IMG/VR virus record: IMGVR_UViG_3300021437_000011
Coordinates: 1-64,000 of that record
Source of the DNA: a virus
Length of the DNA: 64,000 bases
Direction: 5' to 3' (one strand)
A program made the translations under genes and the position numbers. A model generated the notes under the pieces. The model was not told where the DNA came from. It saw only the letters and a program-made list of their open reading frames with translations, and did no database searches. Numbering within the stretch: the first letter of the stretch is position 1; every line of letters begins with the position of its first letter. Below, one piece after another: positions 45,856 through 56,088 of this stretch.

Positions 45856-48800
45856 TGGCGCCCCGCTCTCATCTCAATTTGGCGAATTCGACCCAAATAA
45901 CGCGGACATTGTCAACGCGTTGAACGGGTCTCAGCCGATGTTCAGTGGCCAAAATCCTCAGACGCAAGCGCTGATGAGCGCGATCTCCGGGCAGCTCCCG
46001 CAACCAGGGCGAGACACGGGCGGATGGTCGACTCTTGACGCGATGTCGGGATATGGGGATACGGAGCCGACGCAAGCGCCGCTGGCGCGTCGGCCGTGGG
46101 GCATGCTCACGCCAGAGCAGGGGCGCGTTGAAGTCGCTGGGGCGTTGCCCGGATACGCCAGAACCGCAGTCGCCCGCGAAGTGGAGGCGAAAGAGGCTCG
46201 GGCTCGGCCCGCCGAGGCTCCCGCGCTCTCGTATATGGGCATGCCCCTGATCAGCGCCCAGGAAGCCAAGGACGCCGCAGAACGGGAGCTTGCGGCGGCG
46301 CAGGCGAAGAAGGCCCACGCTGAGGCGCAGCTCGCTGGAGAAGCCGCCTTGCCGACGACGACGCCGCTCCGGAATGCGGCGGAGAATGCTTTCCAGGCTG
46401 CTGGGGCAAGCTACGCCGCTGTTCCAAAATTCGCCGGATACATTGGGGGATGGCTCGCCAACGAAGCTGGCTCCGAGGTCCCCCCTACGGACAACGCTGT
46501 CTTCCACTTGGGCGACGCGGCCGACAAATGGTCCAAGGCGGCTTTTCCTGGAGACCCGGAAAGAGCTGACGAATTCGGGACCAAGGCCGCACACCTGACC
46601 GGATTCCTCGCGACTCTCTACGGAGCTGGGGGCGTGAAGGCGATGACCGAGGGCGGCCCCGAGCTGGCGGCCAAGATCGGGACCGCAGTCACAAAGGGGT
46701 CTCAGGCGGCGCTTGCCGTGGGGACTGGCGGCATGGGCCAGTTTGAGGCGGCCACGGCGGCGATGGAGGCTGGCGAGGGGCGGCATCCGATGCCTGGGGT
46801 CACGATCACGCCGCAGGGCCTGCCGGTAAGCGAGCGGGACCGGGCGTTGGCGACGCTGCTCGGCGCGGGTGTCGGGCTCACTAGCCTCATTCCCATGGCG
46901 TCGGCGACAGCCACCGCTGGCGAGCGCGAGATCGGCGCGGTCATGGCGAAGGCGCTGGAAGGATCTGGCGTCAATGCAGGCCAGATGGCGGCGTTCAATG
47001 TGTTGAACAACGCGATAGCGCGAGAGATTTATGACCCAGAACGGTCTCTCGCACAGGGGATGAATGAAGACGTTGCGCTTGGGGCGCTTGCTGGCGGAGT
47101 TGCTCATGGGCTAGCCGCCGCTACTGGACCAAAACGGCTGTCGACGCCAGAGGAAATCCAGGCGTTTATTGATGCGGCTCGGCGGCATGACACAGACCCA
47201 GCGAAGGCCGCCTACTGGCAGAATATGCGCCGATGGGCTGACGACACGCTTCTTCTTCCCGCGCCAAACGCGGGAGCTCCAGGAGCCGCTCCGCCTACGC
47301 CGATCCCCGCGCCAGTTGCGCCAAACGCGCCTAATGTGGCTCCGGCCGAAGAAGCTCCACGGGAGGTCGAAACTTCGGCTGCGCCAGAACCTGTAAAACT
47401 TGGCGAGGCAGGGCCATATGCGCTTCGCGATGCAACGAATTGGAGGGAGGAAGCCCATGGGGACAGACCACCAGCAGGTCGCGGAGAGAGCGCTCAAAAT
47501 ATCGGAGCAAGCGAGGAAGTTGGGCCACCACGAGACAGAGCAGTACTACCGAGCGAAGGCGGAAAGGCACTTGGCCCGCGCCCAGTGGTTGGAACGGAGA
47601 CGTTTGGCTACCGCGACAAAGACGGCTCCCCAGTCGTAGGCGCGATCAATAATGAAAAACCAGCAACGGACTATAGGGGCCGACTGGTTTTTCGTGCTTA
47701 CCCAGAAGGGACGACCATACAGCGCAACGAAAGTCCGGCGCGCAAGCTTGGCGAGCCCCTTGCCAAAGTCACCTTGAACCAACACCCCGACGGTTCGTGG
47801 GAAGTCGGGATGATGGAGACACATCCCGACCAAGGAGGCCGCCACCTCACCGGCAACATGCTCAACGCCATTGAAGATCGCCTTGGGCAGAAGCTCAAAG
47901 CCCCTGGCACGTTCTGGCCTGATGGATACCGCCTCTGGAGCAAGCGCGATCCTGAAGCCGTGCAACACCATCAGGAAGTAGATGGAGAGCATCTTAGCCC
48001 TGCGACGATCAAACGCCGCATCGACAAAAATCAGGAGGATATGACCGCCGCCGATCCCATCAGGGATTGGGAATACATCTCCGACCTGCAGAAAGAAAAC
48101 AAACGCCTGACAGCGGCGTTTGAGCGCGTTCCAGAGCATGCGCGGACGCCAGAGGCGCTAGCGGGGCAATTTGCCCTGCGCGGCGTCCATGCGACAGAAG
48201 CTGATTTCGATCGCTTCGATCCAGAGAAGTCGGGCTCGCGCTTCAATCTCAACTTTTGGGGGAATGGCGTCTACATGACGCCGCTGGAGCATGCGCAAGA
48301 GTTGGGAAAGGCTGGAGAGGCGGGAACTTACTATGGAGAAGCCGCGCCTGGGCCTGGCGCTAAGCATTATCTGCTGTCACTCGACGCCAAGAAGCCGTTT
48401 GTCATTGATCACGCCTTAGATGAATTGGGCGATGTCCATTCGGCGAAGGCTGACTGGGGGTCGCTCAAGCCGCACGGATGGGAGCACGAGATGCCCCCCG
48501 TGATGGCCTGGCGAGACCCAAAGGCCCTGGAGAGCGCCCGCGCCGCCATTCCCGATGCGGCCCGTAGGGACGCGCGGGAGGCAGAGCAAGCCCGCGACGC
48601 AGCCATAGACCAGATGTGGGCGCTAGATCCGAGACATGGGACGCCCCCGGAAGATATCGCGGAGGCTAAGCAAAAGGTCGACGACCTTAGCCAAAAGGCG
48701 TTTGAGGCGCGGAGGAAAGCGCATCCGCCCGCAGTTCTTGCCGAGAAATTCACTCAAGCGTTGAAGTCCGCTGGCTATGACTCGGTTATCGTTAAGCAAA

Positions 48801-51445
48801 ATGGCAAACCCTATGAGATGCTTGCCGTTGAGCCTGGAACTGTCACGGCGGCTCATGGCGGCGAAGAGATGTACGCCCTGCGCGGCTTCTATCGGCCTGA
48901 TCTTGCTGCGGCGAGGAATTTCCCACAGGACAGAGCGACGGCGGGTCAGTGGGTGGCGGGCCTGACGAAGACGCCAGGGGCTAAGCGCTGGCTTGACCTG
49001 ATCGGATTTAATGACTGGGCGAACCAGCAAAAGGGCTCAATCTCTCGCGACGATGTTTTGACTTTCATGCGTATGAATGATGTTCACGTCACTGAACGGC
49101 AACTCGGCGAAGGCGGAGAGGAGTACAAGGATATAGTTGAGAAGTTGAACAGAATAAAAATGGAGAAAGCTCAGTCTCCAACTTCTCAAAGGCGGAATGA
49201 ACTTGTTTCACAGGAGCAAGACCTCAGGGAAAAGCTCCAGGAAGTTAGTGATGCGTTCCGTAATGCCTCCATCCCTGGGGGAGTTAACTATAGAGAGATG
49301 CTTATCGAAGTCCCTGAACTTAAGCGTCAGGGGTGGACGTCTCCCCATTTCGAAGGGCAGGACGTCATCCATCTGCGAGCCGATGACCGCACCATGCCAA
49401 ATGGAGACTTGGTCCTTTTCCTGCATGAGCTGCAAAGCGACCTTCATCAAGCAGGGCGAAAGCACGGTTATAGACAAGACATTGATAAGATCATGTCCGA
49501 TAAAACCGATGAGTACGAGAAGGCTATGGCGGAATGGGAGGCGCGTCAATCAGAGTGGAAGCCGCTGGAGCGCAAACTAACCAAGGCTATTGATTTGGTT
49601 TCTGGCAAGCTGTACTACGATGGAAGATGGATTGATCTGTCAAATCAAAGCAGAGAAATAACTAGCACAATAGGTCAACTTGATCCATCTTCAACTGAAG
49701 ATGTGAAGTGGGTTTTACAACGAGGTGATACTCTTCCAGGCGCATTTTTGCCATATTATGATGTGGTAAAATCTCTTTTAACTCCAGAAGAGATTTATTC
49801 TTATCAGGATTTGGTCAATAAAGAGATACGCCATGAGTCTGACGCCGAACCGCGCCGACCTGACCGAGACACGGTTCTGGAGGAGGTGGAGCATATGCCT
49901 CCGGAGGCTCCTTTTAAGGGAAACTGGTGGTCAGAGCTTGGGATAAAATATCTCATCCAAAGGGCTGTCGCTGATGGATATGACGCTTTCGCGCTGCCAA
50001 GAGCGGACCAGATTGAGCCTCGTGTCCTTGCGGAGCCGGGGTCTTTGAAGAAATTCTATGACGAAAATCTCCCAAGATTCGTTGAAAAATACGTAAAAAA
50101 TCTTGGCGGAAAAGTAGAAGACGTACCGTCAAAATATTTGAGTAACTTAACAGAATACAAGACAGATAAGGAGTTGGTGGGAGACGTTCTCGATGACCTC
50201 AGGCGTAACCCTCGTGACCTGTCTCTATCTGAGGTAAGAGAAATCGTCTCCGCCATAAGATACTTCAGCGGAAATACTCTTGAAGACACTCTTGGCAGTC
50301 TCTCTGAACGGGTAAGGGATCGCATCTTGAAAGATGCTGAAGAGAGGGGCAAACCAAAAACGAATAAGATCGTTCGCATTACCCAGGAGATGTTTGAAAA
50401 GATCCTTGGCAAAGGCCAAGCCATGGCGCTGACCCCAGAGCGCGTGGCGAAGATGATGGAGACGTCTCTTAACGCTGGGAAGCCAGTTAATGTCTCCACG
50501 TCGGCGATAAATCAAGTCCACGAGGCGATTGCGCCAATGCGCCATGTGGTTCCGGATGACACTGGCGTCCATGTGCTGTCGCGGATTGAGCCGCAAAAAG
50601 ATGGGACACTTCTCGCGACATTCACAGATCGGGATGGTAAGCCTTTTCAATTAGTCGCCGACGCCTTCTCGGACCTTTCGAATCTGCGCGGCCTTAGCGC
50701 CGAGGACGGAGCCAAGATCGTCATCGCGAACTTCGGGTCCGGCCAGCGAGCGCATGAGGCTTTCCCAGCCGGCGCCCGTGAGATTGGGGCTGATGACCCC
50801 CATATGGGAGTCTTTTTTCACGAGGGGGTTCACTCCCTCTATCGGCGCGGGCTTATCCCGGCTGACGACTGGTCCAGGCTTGCGCAGCATGCCGCTTCCC
50901 TTAATTTGATGGATATGCCTATAGGCCAATATCTTACCAGCATTGGAGAAAAAATCAATGCTGGCGCTGACGTTCCGCTGAGAGTCATCTATGAGAACGC
51001 CTACAGGGATCTGTCAGCCAACGAGGCGTGCGGACTCATTGAGGAAGAAGAGCCAGTCGCCCATATGATGGAGCTTTTCCATCATGGCCATTTCGCGGGC
51101 AGTGAGATGCGGCCGATCGCTGACCTTCTTCACAAATTCATGAGCGGAGGGTACGCCAAGCCGTCAGTCAAGGCGGAGTCGGGGCAATCCCTTGAGGACA
51201 TCCAAGGCGAGCTGGAGAAGGGGATAAAGGGCCTTTACGCCAGCGAATTTCCAAAGAAAGACGTCGAGGATTGGGGAACCCATGGCTGGTGGGCGCTCGG
51301 CGAGGGGAAGAATACGTATGGCGATCAAGATGTATTAAACCGGGTTAAGGAGAGATTCCCCGACCTTGTTGATAAGTATGGAAAGGCTTATAAATCCAGA
51401 CGAGAAGCTCGCATAAAGGGAATTCTCGGAGAAGTTGCTGAATGA
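45848..51445 (+). CDS. large polyvalent (injected) protein: GNAT-like, ART-like, LPD-like and zincin domains
   Basis: ETHPDQGGRHL; HAT...FDRF...GNGVYMT; PGG.NYRE...ELQSDLHQ.GR..GY; FFHEGVH. Confidence 0.75.
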   Translation: MYNGAPLSSQFGEFDPNNADIVNALNGSQPMFSGQNPQTQALMSAISGQLPQPGRDTGGWSTLDAMSGYGDTEPTQAPLARRPWGMLTPEQGRVEVAGALPGYARTAVAREVEAKEARARPAEAPALSYMGMPLISAQEAKDAAERELAAAQAKKAHAEAQLAGEAALPTTTPLRNAAENAFQAAGASYAAVPKFAGYIGGWLANEAGSEVPPTDNAVFHLGDAADKWSKAAFPGDPERADEFGTKAAHLTGFLATLYGAGGVKAMTEGGPELAAKIGTAVTKGSQAALAVGTGGMGQFEAATAAMEAGEGRHPMPGVTITPQGLPVSERDRALATLLGAGVGLTSLIPMASATATAGEREIGAVMAKALEGSGVNAGQMAAFNVLNNAIAREIYDPERSLAQGMNEDVALGALAGGVAHGLAAATGPKRLSTPEEIQAFIDAARRHDTDPAKAAYWQNMRRWADDTLLLPAPNAGAPGAAPPTPIPAPVAPNAPNVAPAEEAPREVETSAAPEPVKLGEAGPYALRDATNWREEAHGDRPPAGRGESAQNIGASEEVGPPRDRAVLPSEGGKALGPRPVVGTETFGYRDKDGSPVVGAINNEKPATDYRGRLVFRAYPEGTTIQRNESPARKLGEPLAKVTLNQHPDGSWEVGMMETHPDQGGRHLTGNMLNAIEDRLGQKLKAPGTFWPDGYRLWSKRDPEAVQHHQEVDGEHLSPATIKRRIDKNQEDMTAADPIRDWEYISDLQKENKRLTAAFERVPEHARTPEALAGQFALRGVHATEADFDRFDPEKSGSRFNLNFWGNGVYMTPLEHAQELGKAGEAGTYYGEAAPGPGAKHYLLSLDAKKPFVIDHALDELGDVHSAKADWGSLKPHGWEHEMPPVMAWRDPKALESARAAIPDAARRDAREAEQARDAAIDQMWALDPRHGTPPEDIAEAKQKVDDLSQKAFEARRKAHPPAVLAEKFTQALKSAGYDSVIVKQNGKPYEMLAVEPGTVTAAHGGEEMYALRGFYRPDLAAARNFPQDRATAGQWVAGLTKTPGAKRWLDLIGFNDWANQQKGSISRDDVLTFMRMNDVHVTERQLGEGGEEYKDIVEKLNRIKMEKAQSPTSQRRNELVSQEQDLREKLQEVSDAFRNASIPGGVNYREMLIEVPELKRQGWTSPHFEGQDVIHLRADDRTMPNGDLVLFLHELQSDLHQAGRKHGYRQDIDKIMSDKTDEYEKAMAEWEARQSEWKPLERKLTKAIDLVSGKLYYDGRWIDLSNQSREITSTIGQLDPSSTEDVKWVLQRGDTLPGAFLPYYDVVKSLLTPEEIYSYQDLVNKEIRHESDAEPRRPDRDTVLEEVEHMPPEAPFKGNWWSELGIKYLIQRAVADGYDAFALPRADQIEPRVLAEPGSLKKFYDENLPRFVEKYVKNLGGKVEDVPSKYLSNLTEYKTDKELVGDVLDDLRRNPRDLSLSEVREIVSAIRYFSGNTLEDTLGSLSERVRDRILKDAEERGKPKTNKIVRITQEMFEKILGKGQAMALTPERVAKMMETSLNAGKPVNVSTSAINQVHEAIAPMRHVVPDDTGVHVLSRIEPQKDGTLLATFTDRDGKPFQLVADAFSDLSNLRGLSAEDGAKIVIANFGSGQRAHEAFPAGAREIGADDPHMGVFFHEGVHSLYRRGLIPADDWSRLAQHAASLNLMDMPIGQYLTSIGEKINAGADVPLRVIYENAYRDLSANEACGLIEEEEPVAHMMELFHHGHFAGSEMRPIADLLHKFMSGGYAKPSVKAESGQSLEDIQGELEKGIKGLYASEFPKKDVEDWGTHGWWALGEGKNTYGDQDVLNRVKERFPDLVDKYGKAYKSRREARIKGILGEVAE

Positions 51446-51870
51446 CAAAGATTATTGTTGGTAATGATTTGGTTGTTGCTAATTGGGCTTTTGAGATAAC
51501 AAACTCAAAACCAATGTTGTATAACATGGCTGTCGGAATTGCTGATGATGATGATAATATCTGCGGAGCTTTCATGTTCACGGGGTACAATGGATCGGAT
51601 ATGGAAGTGCATTACTATGGGCCAGGGACGCTAAAAAGAAGGATATTGAAAGAAATCTTTATTTTTGCATTGAAAGTGTTTAATGTTAACCGACTAACAG
51701 TCAGGACCCGAAAAGAATCCATGTCTCGCGGCGTCAAAAAGCTGGGAGCCGTTTATGAGGGAACTATGCGGAGGGTCTACGGGCCGACCGATGGCGACAG
51801 CGACAAAGCTGAACAATGGGCGTTTTTTCGAGAGCGCATGGCGCAGATCGCCGGTTTAGAGAGGATGTGA
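51442..51870 (+). CDS. GNAT-like acetyltransferase (virion-morphogenesis type)
   Basis: IF.F......V.RL........KLG...EG..R; precedes the ejection genes. Confidence 0.7.
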   Translation: MTKIIVGNDLVVANWAFEITNSKPMLYNMAVGIADDDDNICGAFMFTGYNGSDMEVHYYGPGTLKRRILKEIFIFALKVFNVNRLTVRTRKESMSRGVKKLGAVYEGTMRRVYGPTDGDSDKAEQWAFFRERMAQIAGLERM

Positions 51871-51874
51871 GCAC

Positions 51875-52555
51875 ATGTGCGGCTCGTCGCCAAACACAGC
51901 AGGATCAGACTTGCGCTGGTCGCCAGCCGGGCAGCCCCAGGGCGTCGGGTTTAGCGCTCGCCAGCCCGTGACGAACATGCCCACGGTTTCTCTTCCTGGA
52001 GGGACTCCGCCTCCCGTTCCTCCAGGGTCGCTTCCTTCGGCTCCCCCTGGCGCATTTCCGGGCGCGCCATCTGGCGCTCCGCCTTCCGGAACCCCTCCGT
52101 CGCCAACGCCAATGCCAGGAGGAGGCACATTTCCAGCTCAAGGCGCGCCGACGCCCACAGACATAGCTGCTGGCGGCTATCAGGGCGGGGGCCTGTCGCA
52201 ATGGCGCAGAATGGATGTTCCGGCAGGCGCTACCTTTAGGACAAGCCCGCCGCCAAGCGGAGCGGCCGGAGTGATGCCGTATTCGGCTTCCCCGATGGGC
52301 GCTCCCGCTCCCGCGCCTGCTCCTGCTCCAGCGCCAACAGGAGGCAGCGCGCCGACTCCAGCGCCGACGTCTTCATGGATGACTCCCGATATGGCCGCGA
52401 GATTTCGCGCCTGGAACCAGGAAGCGCCTCCAGCTACGTGGTCGCCGCCAAATCCCAGCTTTGGCCAATCGCCTTACGGCCAAGCTCCTGGCGGCCAAGC
52501 TCCTGGCGGCGGATATTCTCCCTATATCCAAGCTATAAGAGGCGGGGGGTACTAA
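51875..52555 (+). CDS. Pro/Gly-rich protein, MCGS start
   Basis: ORF in the ejection block. Confidence 0.55.
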   Translation: MCGSSPNTAGSDLRWSPAGQPQGVGFSARQPVTNMPTVSLPGGTPPPVPPGSLPSAPPGAFPGAPSGAPPSGTPPSPTPMPGGGTFPAQGAPTPTDIAAGGYQGGGLSQWRRMDVPAGATFRTSPPPSGAAGVMPYSASPMGAPAPAPAPAPAPTGGSAPTPAPTSSWMTPDMAARFRAWNQEAPPATWSPPNPSFGQSPYGQAPGGQAPGGGYSPYIQAIRGGGY

Positions 52556-52558
52556 CCC

Positions 52559-53551
52559 ATGTGTGGCTCGACCAGCGCTCCAACACCCACTGATCCCAAG
52601 CAGACGGCGCAGATTCAGCAGGGATACAATATCGCGACTGGCAACGCGACGCAGGCGGCCAACGCGATCAATCAGTCAACTCCGTTTGGCTCCCTGCAAT
52701 ATACGCCGGTCACGGGAGCCGACGGGATAACCCGTTACACCGCGACACAGACGCTTGACCCGAAGAATCAAGCGCTTTTGGACAGCCTCTACGGGACAAA
52801 AAATGTCGCTGGCCAAGGGGCGACGAATGTCCTCCAGGGAGCCTACACGGGCGCGCCGAATATCCTTGGAACGGCCAACAGCGCGACGAATCAGATGATG
52901 GCGGGGGAGATGGGCTATTTGCAGCCTTTCTTCAGCCAGCAGACAAACGCGCTTGACAACCAGCTCCGCAACCAGGGGCTTATGCCGGGGACGCCGGCCT
53001 ACGACAATGCGATGAACTCAATGCGGCAGAGCCAGGGGCAGACGGTTTCTGGAGCGATTGCGCAATTCCAACCGCAGGCGTTCCAGGAGGCGATAGCGGC
53101 GTACAACCTGCCAGCCGACACCGCCGCCAAGCTCGCGGGGCTCGGCGCGCCCATGGGGCTGAGTTTGACGAATACGCCAACGACGAACTACCAGCCGGCC
53201 AATTACACGGGCGCCGTAGCATCTGCGGATCAAATGGCGCAGCAAACCTATCAGGCGCAGATGGCGCAGCAGTCGGCCATGATTCAGGGCTTGGCGGGGA
53301 TGGCAGGCAGCATTGGCGGCGCAATGCTGATGTCCGACAGGCGCGCCAAGACCGATATTGAGCCCGTTGGCGAACTGTTCGACGGAACGCCCATCTATCG
53401 CTTCCGCTATAAAACTGGCGGCCCAGTCCAAATCGGCGTCATGGCGCAGGATATCGAGAAAACCAATCCAGGAGCGGTCTTCGAGGTCAGTGGCGTCAAA
53501 TTCGTTGACTATAGCAAGGCGACCGAGGCCGCCGCGCGGATCGCGGCGTAG
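52559..53551 (+). CDS. ejection protein with C-terminal peptidase S74 chaperone domain
   Basis: NQ.TP.GSL.Y; SDRRAKTDI..VG, Y.F.Y, GVMAQD, VDY. Confidence 0.8.
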   Translation: MCGSTSAPTPTDPKQTAQIQQGYNIATGNATQAANAINQSTPFGSLQYTPVTGADGITRYTATQTLDPKNQALLDSLYGTKNVAGQGATNVLQGAYTGAPNILGTANSATNQMMAGEMGYLQPFFSQQTNALDNQLRNQGLMPGTPAYDNAMNSMRQSQGQTVSGAIAQFQPQAFQEAIAAYNLPADTAAKLAGLGAPMGLSLTNTPTTNYQPANYTGAVASADQMAQQTYQAQMAQQSAMIQGLAGMAGSIGGAMLMSDRRAKTDIEPVGELFDGTPIYRFRYKTGGPVQIGVMAQDIEKTNPGAVFEVSGVKFVDYSKATEAAARIAA

Positions 53552-53559
53552 GGGGAGCC

Positions 53560-56088
53560 ATGGCTGACTTTGATCTGAGCAATCTCTTGCCGACTCCCAT
53601 AACGTCGGCCACGCCAGAGCAGATCCAGAGCATGCGCGAGTACGCCACGGCCATGATGAAGGGGCAGCCCCATCAGGGTCCGTACACCTGGGCGAATGCG
53701 CTTGACACGATATCGAGCAAACTGCTCGGCGCGGCAATGTGGCGCCGAGCTGGAGAGTTACAAAAGGGCGGCCTGGAAGAGGGCGCGAAGTCAATCCCGA
53801 CGTTTGACGCCAGCTCGTCGGCAGGCGCGGGAACAGCCCCCACGCCAACAGCCCCTGCGGCCTCTGCCCCTCCCGCTACGGCTCCAAGCGCCGACCAAAC
53901 GGCGGCAACGCCAGAAGGAGGAGTAGCGTCTTCAGCGCGCGCGCCTACGCCTATGGAGGCGAATGACACCCTTGGTTTTATCAAGAAGTGGGAGGGGTTT
54001 GACTCTACCGCCAAGTGGGATTATAAGCAATACAGCGGCGGATATGGAAGCCGCGCAGAGAAAGGCCAAACATTTACGCCGGAAACCGCTCACGCCGCGC
54101 TTGTCGATTCTGTCCAGCCGATCTCAAAATTTATTGGCGAGAATGTCAAAGTTCCTCTCTCTCCAGGTCAGCGGACGGCGCTTACCAGCTTTGCATACAA
54201 TGTTGGGACTGGGGATGGCGGCCTAAGCGATTTGATCCCCGATATCAATAAGGGAGATTGGCCTTCCGTCGCAGCAAAAATGCAGCATTACAATCATGCT
54301 GGCGGAAAAGTTAAGGTAGATCTCACGCGTCGGCGCGCTGATGAAGCGCGAATGATTGCGTTTGGAGCTCCTCCCGCCGCGCCATCCCCCCAAGCGATCG
54401 GCCCCATTGTCAACGCCCTTGCCGGGCCTTCTGGCGCCACCACTACCTTTCCCATGGCCCCAGGAGCCCCAGGGGCTCCTGGGGGGCTGACCGGGCCAAC
54501 TGGCGCATCAATAACTCTCCCGGCGAATTCTTTGGCTCAGGGAGCGGCTCCTGGAGGCAATGCCCCGCAATCAATTGGCGGAATGATAAAATATATGGGC
54601 GGCGTCCCAAGCCCCGCCCTCTCGCCGACAGGGGCTCTGGCGCCGCAGCAGGCGGCTGTCAATGCAATCGCAGGGGGCGGGGGGCCTGCTCTAGCCGGAG
54701 GACCGGGGCAGACGGCGATGACGAGCGCGATTGCGGGGGGCTCCCCCCGCGCTGCGACGCCGCAAGCCACTCCAGATTTCATGCCTCCGACGCCCGGACT
54801 CCCCCCGCTCCCAACGCCAGCGGAAATCCAGGCCGGGCTCCGCAGTAATATTCCGCAATACGTAGAGATAGCGAAGGCTAACCAGGAATATCGACTAAAG
54901 GCGTTGGCTCCAACGCAATACGTCGATCCACGGGATGGAACAGTATGGTTTGGGAACCAATACACTGGATTCCATAGGTCTCCCATGAGAGGTCTCCCGC
55001 AAACCCAAATGCTCCCAATAGAAGCTGGAGGAGTGAAAATCCAACAGCCTTATACTTGGGGAACAGGGGCTCAAGGGCAACCTGTTCTGAACCCCGTCCA
55101 GACAATGACGCATCCTGCTATGCCCGGAGCTGCGCCAAGCGCGCCCGGAGCCACTGATGAGTTCCCCACGGGCGGAAGCGTCGGGGAAATGGTGGAATGG
55201 GCTAACCGCCAAAAGACCCGACTTGCCGAGCAGGAAGGCTACGCTAGGAAGACTGGAGAGACCTACGCCACAAAGCAAGGGATTATCGAGAAGCGGGCGG
55301 CTGACGCCCAGGACGAGCTTCCCCAGCTCCAGACGCTACAGAAAGTGATTCATGATCCTGCCTTCTATTCTGGATGGAAGGCGGGAAACGTGGAGGCGAT
55401 GAGCTCTGCCCTCCGGATGGTTGGTTACTCAGGAGACACCGCCAGCCTCATGCAGTATGCGAAGAAACTTGGGTCGGCCGCCAGCTTGGAAAACATTCGA
55501 GAAATGGGCGAGTCCGGGGCGGTCCGTATCCCAGAAATGCATATGATCGAAAAATCAAATTTCGATATCGAAAACACTCCTGCGGCTAACGCCGCCATTG
55601 TTGATATCCGGATGAGGATTGCCCAGCGGCAGCTCGAAACAGCGAATCTCGCCAATCAATACGCCAATAAACATGGCGGCGTTCTTGATCGTGGCTTCGA
55701 TCAGATCAAGCGTGATTACTACGAAGCTAACCCACTGTTTTCGAAAGCTGAAATTGATAGATACGACCACATCCTAACGAATAGAAAGCCCCCAGAGGGC
55801 GGCCAAGCGGCTGTGGCGAACGCCAACGCCGCGAACGTTCCTCCCGCTGCCATAGCCCAGCTTGGGGCCAATCCCACTCCTGAGCGCATGTCAGAATTTG
55901 AAAGACATTTCGGTCTTCATCCTGGGACGGCAATGGAGATGTTGAAGCGTCTTCCTGCCCGCCCGGCGCCGCCGCAGGCTCCCCTCCCAGGACCTGCGGG
56001 TCCTGTTCAGGTCATTCCCAAACCCGCAGGCCCTGCCGCTCCTCAGGCCCCAGCTTCTCCGCCCCTTGACCTGATGGGAAGCCCCTAA
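53560..56088 (+). CDS. ejection protein with GH24 lysozyme domain
   Basis: FIKKWEGF....WD...YSGGYG, ALTSFAYNVG, Y..AGG....L..RR..E. Confidence 0.82.
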   Translation: MADFDLSNLLPTPITSATPEQIQSMREYATAMMKGQPHQGPYTWANALDTISSKLLGAAMWRRAGELQKGGLEEGAKSIPTFDASSSAGAGTAPTPTAPAASAPPATAPSADQTAATPEGGVASSARAPTPMEANDTLGFIKKWEGFDSTAKWDYKQYSGGYGSRAEKGQTFTPETAHAALVDSVQPISKFIGENVKVPLSPGQRTALTSFAYNVGTGDGGLSDLIPDINKGDWPSVAAKMQHYNHAGGKVKVDLTRRRADEARMIAFGAPPAAPSPQAIGPIVNALAGPSGATTTFPMAPGAPGAPGGLTGPTGASITLPANSLAQGAAPGGNAPQSIGGMIKYMGGVPSPALSPTGALAPQQAAVNAIAGGGGPALAGGPGQTAMTSAIAGGSPRAATPQATPDFMPPTPGLPPLPTPAEIQAGLRSNIPQYVEIAKANQEYRLKALAPTQYVDPRDGTVWFGNQYTGFHRSPMRGLPQTQMLPIEAGGVKIQQPYTWGTGAQGQPVLNPVQTMTHPAMPGAAPSAPGATDEFPTGGSVGEMVEWANRQKTRLAEQEGYARKTGETYATKQGIIEKRAADAQDELPQLQTLQKVIHDPAFYSGWKAGNVEAMSSALRMVGYSGDTASLMQYAKKLGSAASLENIREMGESGAVRIPEMHMIEKSNFDIENTPAANAAIVDIRMRIAQRQLETANLANQYANKHGGVLDRGFDQIKRDYYEANPLFSKAEIDRYDHILTNRKPPEGGQAAVANANAANVPPAAIAQLGANPTPERMSEFERHFGLHPGTAMEMLKRLPARPAPPQAPLPGPAGPVQVIPKPAGPAAPQAPASPPLDLMGSP

